Made by a program: the position numbers and the translations under genes | Source of the DNA: an uncultured Erysipelotrichaceae bacterium | GTDB taxonomy: Bacteria; Bacillota_I; Bacilli_A; RFN20; CAG-826 | NCBI GenBank assembly: GCA_902769185.1 | Contig: CACXNV010000002.1 | Location: 347 to 64,346 of the forward strand | Direction: 5' to 3' | Length of the DNA stretch: 64,000 nt | Shown here: piece by piece, positions 59,582 through 64,000 of the stretch | How the letters are laid out: each line of letters starts with the position of its first letter | Numbering within the stretch: position 1 is the stretch's first letter | The notes under the pieces: generated by a model | Database searches by the model: none | What the model was told of the DNA's origin: nothing | Seen by the model: the letters and a program-made list of their open reading frames with translations, nothing else

Positions 59582-59610
59582 ATTGTATACAATCTAATTT
59601 TTGTTGTAAA
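59582..59610 (-). promoter_or_regulatory. Candidate promoter of the gpx-ohrR-CDF operon with an overlapping palindromic operator
   Basis: Minus strand: TTTACA (59610-59605), 17-nt spacer, TACAAT (59587-59582). A perfect 12-bp palindrome ATTGTATACAAT (59582-59593) covers the -10. Confidence 0.55.
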
Positions 59611-59637
59611 GCGCGAATTGACTTTTCTTATATAATA

Positions 59638-60477
59638 GTGGAGATGACTAAGAAAAAATATTTATCAAAAATTGAAGACCTATCTAATAGAAAAATAGTG
59701 CTTACTGGTGGGACATCTGGTATTGGACTGTCCTTTTTTAAATATTTAGTTAGTAAAAACGCTTTTGTGATTTTGCTTGTTAGAAACATCAAAAAAGCTG
59801 AAACCATAGTAAAGGAATTAAATTATTCAAATATTGATATTATTGAGTATGACCAATCTTCATATTCCTCTATTAAAAAAGGAATAGACACTCTTTTAGA
59901 AAAATATCCTAGTGTGGATTCAATTGTTTTAAACGCTGGAGTGATGAGCAGAACTAAAGAATTAATGGAAGGCCACCCATATAGCATTAGTGTGAATTAT
60001 TATGGTGTTAGATATTTTATCGAATATATTGCTCCTAAATTGACTGCTAAAACAAAAATTATTGTTCAAGGCTCCTTAGTAGCGGGTTTCCATTTAAATA
60101 AAAAGACCAATATAGATAGTAATGACTTTAAAACATTTAAGGAATATAACATATCGAAAATGTGTGTGGAGGCGTACACCTATAAATTAATGAAAGAAAA
60201 GCCATATTCTAATATTGATTTTGTTTTAACTGAACCAGGAATTACATCTACTAGTATTACTAGAGATTTAGATTCATTTTTAAAACATGTCGGCAAGGTC
60301 TTTGTTTCTACCTTCTTCCATAGTGTAGATAAAGCCTCTTTAACTCTTCTGGAAGCAGTTTCTTCTAAAGCCACTCATGGTAGCTATATTGTGCCTAGAG
60401 GCCTATTTACAATATCTGGCTATCCTAAGTATAAAAAATTCCCTCATAAACGGGAGAGGGAATATTTAATTAAATAG
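59638..60477 (+). CDS. Short-chain dehydrogenase/reductase
   Basis: LTGGTSGIG, NAGV and YNISK motifs. Start is either the GTG at 59638 or the ATG at 59644. Confidence 0.75.
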   Translation: MEMTKKKYLSKIEDLSNRKIVLTGGTSGIGLSFFKYLVSKNAFVILLVRNIKKAETIVKELNYSNIDIIEYDQSSYSSIKKGIDTLLEKYPSVDSIVLNAGVMSRTKELMEGHPYSISVNYYGVRYFIEYIAPKLTAKTKIIVQGSLVAGFHLNKKTNIDSNDFKTFKEYNISKMCVEAYTYKLMKEKPYSNIDFVLTEPGITSTSITRDLDSFLKHVGKVFVSTFFHSVDKASLTLLEAVSSKATHGSYIVPRGLFTISGYPKYKKFPHKREREYLIK

Positions 60478-60918
60478 TATATTTAATTTTTCTAATTCTT
60501 CGTTATATTTTTTTGGCTCTTTTAAGAAGATGATATTTGCTTTAGGAAAGATCTTTTTAATTTTCTTTTCGGCTTTTTTACCAGTACCGCTACCAGAATA
60601 AAGCACAAATGTTAATTTCTTATTAGTGAAGTCTGTTTCTTTTAATATTGAGTTTGTGGTTGGGTTTAATCTAGCATTCCAAATTGGTCCACCAACAACA
60701 ATCTCTTCGTAGTTTGAGATGTCGTTATTATAATCTACTAACTTTCCTTTTGAATGAATGCTCGCTCTAAATCCACCTACCATCATTGACCAGAAAAATG
60801 ATTTTGGCATCTTTTTCTTTTCTCTCACTTTTCGCAAATCATATTCGTGAGATTTAAAGATGTCAGAAACAATTTCTCCATTTCCCGTATAAGAACAATA
60901 TAGGAATAACTTTTTCAT
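60466..60918 (-). CDS. Flavodoxin-like fold protein
   Basis: LYCSYTGNGE N-terminus and GGPIWNARL segment, typical of small flavodoxin-family proteins. Confidence 0.55.
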   Translation of the reverse strand: MKKLFLYCSYTGNGEIVSDIFKSHEYDLRKVREKKKMPKSFFWSMMVGGFRASIHSKGKLVDYNNDISNYEEIVVGGPIWNARLNPTTNSILKETDFTNKKLTFVLYSGSGTGKKAEKKIKKIFPKANIIFLKEPKKYNEELEKLNILFN

Positions 60919-60993
60919 ACCTACATAATAATGATTTTATTTCTTTAATAAAACTATTTATTTTTCGATTTAATCTCGTATAATGTATGTCTT

Positions 60994-61587
60994 ATGGATA
61001 AAAAAAGACACTTTAATACAAGAATGATCGCTACTACAGGAATGTTATTAGCGCTTGAAATTGTTTTACAAATTATTGGAAACTACGTCGTTATTCCTGG
61101 TGGCTTTGCTAATTTAAATTTCTCTCTAATTTTTATTGCTTTAGGCGCAATACTTTATGGGCCTATTGTAGGAGGTTTACTTGGACTAGTTTCAGGCATT
61201 TTAACTTTATTTTCTCCTAGCACAATGTCTGTCTTCTTTTCTATTAGCCCAGCAGGGACAATATTAGCCTGCTTATTAAAAACTACAATTGCAGGAGTGG
61301 TAGCAGGAATTATTTCTAAATTATTAAAGAAGAATCATGACTTATTGTCTTCTATTTTAGCGTCAATTGTTGTTCCTATTTTAAATACAGGAATATTTGC
61401 CTTATTCACTATCATATTTTTTAAACCTCTATTAGCAGGGATTAACCCTGATAGTATGGCAGCAGCCTTATTTTTAGGATTAATAGGATTTAATTTTATA
61501 TTTGAAGTGATTGTCACTGTGATCGTTGCGCCAAGCCTTTATAAAATACTTTTACAAGTTAACTCTAAGAACAAGGAAATAGATTAA
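60994..61587 (+). CDS. ECF-transporter S-component-like membrane protein (substrate unknown; folate-family-like by eye)
   Basis: 197 aa with ~6 TM helices. N-terminus KKRHFNTRMIATTGMLLALEIVLQ and YGPIVGGLLG are typical of ECF S components. Confidence 0.5.
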   Translation: MDKKRHFNTRMIATTGMLLALEIVLQIIGNYVVIPGGFANLNFSLIFIALGAILYGPIVGGLLGLVSGILTLFSPSTMSVFFSISPAGTILACLLKTTIAGVVAGIISKLLKKNHDLLSSILASIVVPILNTGIFALFTIIFFKPLLAGINPDSMAAALFLGLIGFNFIFEVIVTVIVAPSLYKILLQVNSKNKEID

Positions 61588-61718
61588 TTTTCTTTTAATT
61601 TATACACGCGCATTAACAAAAATTTTTATATTTTTTGGCTTTTGACGGCTTATAAAAGTGACAAATTTATAATAAATTTTCTTTAATTCATTAATGAATT
61701 ACTAATTTTACAAAAAAA

Positions 61719-61747
61719 TTGAATTCCTTTTTTGCGTGTGCTAATAT
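61719..61747 (+). promoter_or_regulatory. Candidate sigma-A promoter of the large lipoprotein gene
   Basis: TTGAAT (61719-61724), 17-nt spacer, TAATAT (61742-61747). AGGAGG RBS before the ATG at 61789. Confidence 0.5.
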
Positions 61748-61788
61748 TTACCCAAATTTATATTTTTCTTGAAAGGAGGAAAATAACA

Positions 61789-63999
61789 TGAAGTACAAAA
61801 AGTTTGCACTTCTTGCACTCGCAGCCGGGATGATCGTTGGTTGTGGAGAACGTCCTTCCGCGCCTGATTGGAGTGCAGAATTTAAAACATTTGTAAGTCA
61901 AAACTTCCATAATCTTTCTGTCCCATATTTCGGATCAGCTGAATTAGGTAGTTTTACTTACGCAGTTCACGAAGAAGGATACGCTGAAATCTTTGGTGGC
62001 GAATTAGAGTCGACAGAACCTATTAAAGCTGCTGCTGAATTCTTAGAAGAAAAAGGATTTGTTGATTTATACGGCGCTTATCGTAATGATCCAGCATATG
62101 CTCAATACGCGAGCAAGTTTGAATGGTCTTATCCAATGGAATACAGATTTGAACCGGAAAACGTTGGTCCTAGATACATTCGTATTGGTTTATCAGGTAA
62201 GTTACCTGATCCAAACAGAGAAGAAGAACCAGCAGAACCAGCAAGATCATTCTACGCTCAAGTATTTGATCCATATTATTATTCTTGGTTTGATTCTTAT
62301 TCAACCGAATTAATCTCTTTCGCCTTTGGACAAAAAACTGGTGACAGAACATATAAGGAAGATGAAACAATTTACGAAGAACTCGTTCCTTATTCAGGTC
62401 AAGCTACTTATGAATCCAGTGGACTCTATGTTTCTGATATTGATGACGCTATTGAAGAAGTCGAAGAAAAAGGCTACCTCAAATTCAGGATGCAAGATGT
62501 TATTCGCGAAGAATTAGATGCCTATGCCGAAAGCTTAAAAGAAGCCGAAGAAGATGCTTGGACAGTCTATACTTATGAAGAACATGAATTAGAACCAGGT
62601 TACCTTGGACGTTTATACAAATTAGTTTCCCCAAGCAAATATTTCACAATCGATGTTTATTTTGCTGAAGGTGAAGCAATGTTCAAAGTTGCAAAAGCTG
62701 CTGCTTCTATTCCACAAGTCATTAAAGATATGGAACCAGCTTTATTTGCAAGTAATGAAGTTACTGCATTTGATTTTGATTACGAAGAAGATGAAGAAAC
62801 AGGTGCTTCTGCATATTCTTATTTAGAATTATCCGAAGAAGCTGCTTCTCCAACTGGAGCCTCTTTACTTTCTGCATCTGCTGCTTATAACGGATTAGTT
62901 GCTGATGAAAATTTAAACGCTGTTGAAGTAGTTGAATTTGGTCTCTTAAGTGCTGCTGAAGCTCAAGGTGTCTTAGATGTTAAAGATAATAAAGTTGTCG
63001 TCTATGCAGATTATAAAATGTCTGGCATTGTCCAAACCGAAACAGGTTATGCAATTAATTATTACTTCTTCTGGGGTATCGAAGTTAGTGCTTGGCCAAC
63101 TTATCCAAGTGAATTAACTGATGCCTTCCTTACCGCTTCTGGTGCTACAAACATTCACCAATTCTTTGAACAAGAAGATGGTTCATTCATGTTTGGTACT
63201 GATGTTGAAAGTGAAGCTGATGTTGTTGCTGTCTTTAATGCTATTAAGTCTTTAGAAGGCGCAGAAGTCTTATCTGACTATGAAAATGGTATTGGTAGAG
63301 TCAAAGTTAGCGATACCAAAATGGCAGTTGTTGAATTAATTTCTGAAACTTCTGAATCTGAAACCGGTGAAGAAGAAACTTCTTATGGATATTATGTTAC
63401 CTTAACTGACATTCCTAACTTCCCAGCTCAAGTAGTCACTATTGCTGAAGCAATTGGTGTTTCCAAATTTGAATTTGTTGAGGACGCTGAAATTGAAGGT
63501 GCTTGGATTATTCCAGAAAATAAAGAGGACGAAACTCTTTGGGCTACTGAAAAGGCCAACTTAGGCGCTCTTCTTGAAGCATTAAAAGCCATTCCTGGTA
63601 TTGAATTTAATGATCCACAAATTCGAGATGAAGATGATGAATATTGGGGTAGTTACTACGTTGCTGGTTTATTAGACGGCAAATTAGTCATCCTCCAATC
63701 TGTTAGAGTGGGCAAGGATGAAAATTTGAACGGCTATTATTCCGCTCAAATCATTGTTTGTGATCCAAAAGAAGCTGATCCAGCTGTCTTAGCCTTTATG
63801 CAAGCTGTTGCTACTGCTGCTGGACTTGAAGTTGAATTTAGCCAAATTGATGGTAATTATTACTTCTCTGAAGAATATCCAGAGTCAATTACAGGAACAA
63901 TGAAGGAATATGTTGAAGGTGTTGTTGCCGCTTTAGAAGTTGCATGCCCAGATGCTGAATATACCACTTCTATTGAAGAAGATGAATATGGTGATTATC
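61789..63999 (+). CDS. Large acidic modular lipoprotein, 3'-partial (runs off window end); absent from the supplied ORF track
   Basis: ATG at 61789 preceded by AAAGGAGGA. Signal peptide with lipobox MKYKKFALLALAAGMIVGC. I translated the frame to nt 63999 without meeting a stop (>736 codons). The three short track ORFs at 62059-62517 lie inside it. Confidence 0.85.
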
Positions 64000-64000
64000 A

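Noticed and set aside
59618-59636. TTGACT ... TATAAT as the promoter of the plus-strand SDR gene at 59638
   Set aside because: The two hexamers are only 7 nt apart, so they cannot form one sigma-A promoter. The TATAAT also lies 1-7 nt from the candidate start codons. Left unassigned.
62059-62517. ORFs 62059..62313 (+), 62170..62370 (-) and 62326..62517 (+)
   Set aside because: All lie inside the long open frame starting at 61789, which the track omitted because it has no stop within the window.
1-64000. Mycoplasma-type genetic code (UGA = Trp), CRISPR arrays, IS elements and prophage
   Set aside because: TGA terminates several well-conserved genes at the expected length (for example mfd and the ymcA-like gene), and Trp is encoded by TGG. 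I saw no repeat-spacer arrays, transposases, integrases or phage structural genes on either strand.

Overview
Low-GC, Bacillus-like core chromosome of a Firmicutes/Mollicutes-lineage bacterium that uses the standard code. TGA is a stop (for example at the end of mfd), so this is not a code-4 mycoplasma. An Acholeplasma- or Erysipelotrichia-like organism is my inference.

Nearly all of the window is housekeeping genes in recognisable Bacillus synteny blocks:
- pth-mfd-S4-tilS-ftsH
- dus-lysS
- cmk-der-hup
- dnaD-nth / recU / gpsB-rnpB
- pgsA-cinA-recA-(cls)-rny-ymdB-miaB-ymcA-miaA
- fhs
- ychF-ispF-argS-rpoE-nrnA
- S1-pgi
- gpmI-pepF
- pduL
- metK behind an S-box leader
- hpf

RNA genes are a type-B RNase P RNA and seven tRNAs, all on the minus strand and all with encoded CCA.

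Two long ORFs run off the window edges and are missing or truncated in the supplied track:
- a 5'-partial M6 metalloprotease at 2..1789
- a 3'-partial modular acidic lipoprotein at 61789..>63999

I saw no CRISPR array, IS element, integrase or prophage, and no convincing multi-gene novel system.

The most accessory-looking or unusual items are:
- a terminator-insulated RhuM-family gene with an HDR-motif C-terminal module, next to tRNA-Leu
- a choline-kinase-like::Nfu fusion abutting a tRNA
- a tandem pair of MacB-type fused ABC proteins with very large extracytoplasmic domains
- a candidate ~70-nt sRNA between metK and hpf
- a gpx-ohrR-CDF operon with a perfect palindromic operator
- a lipoprotein module family
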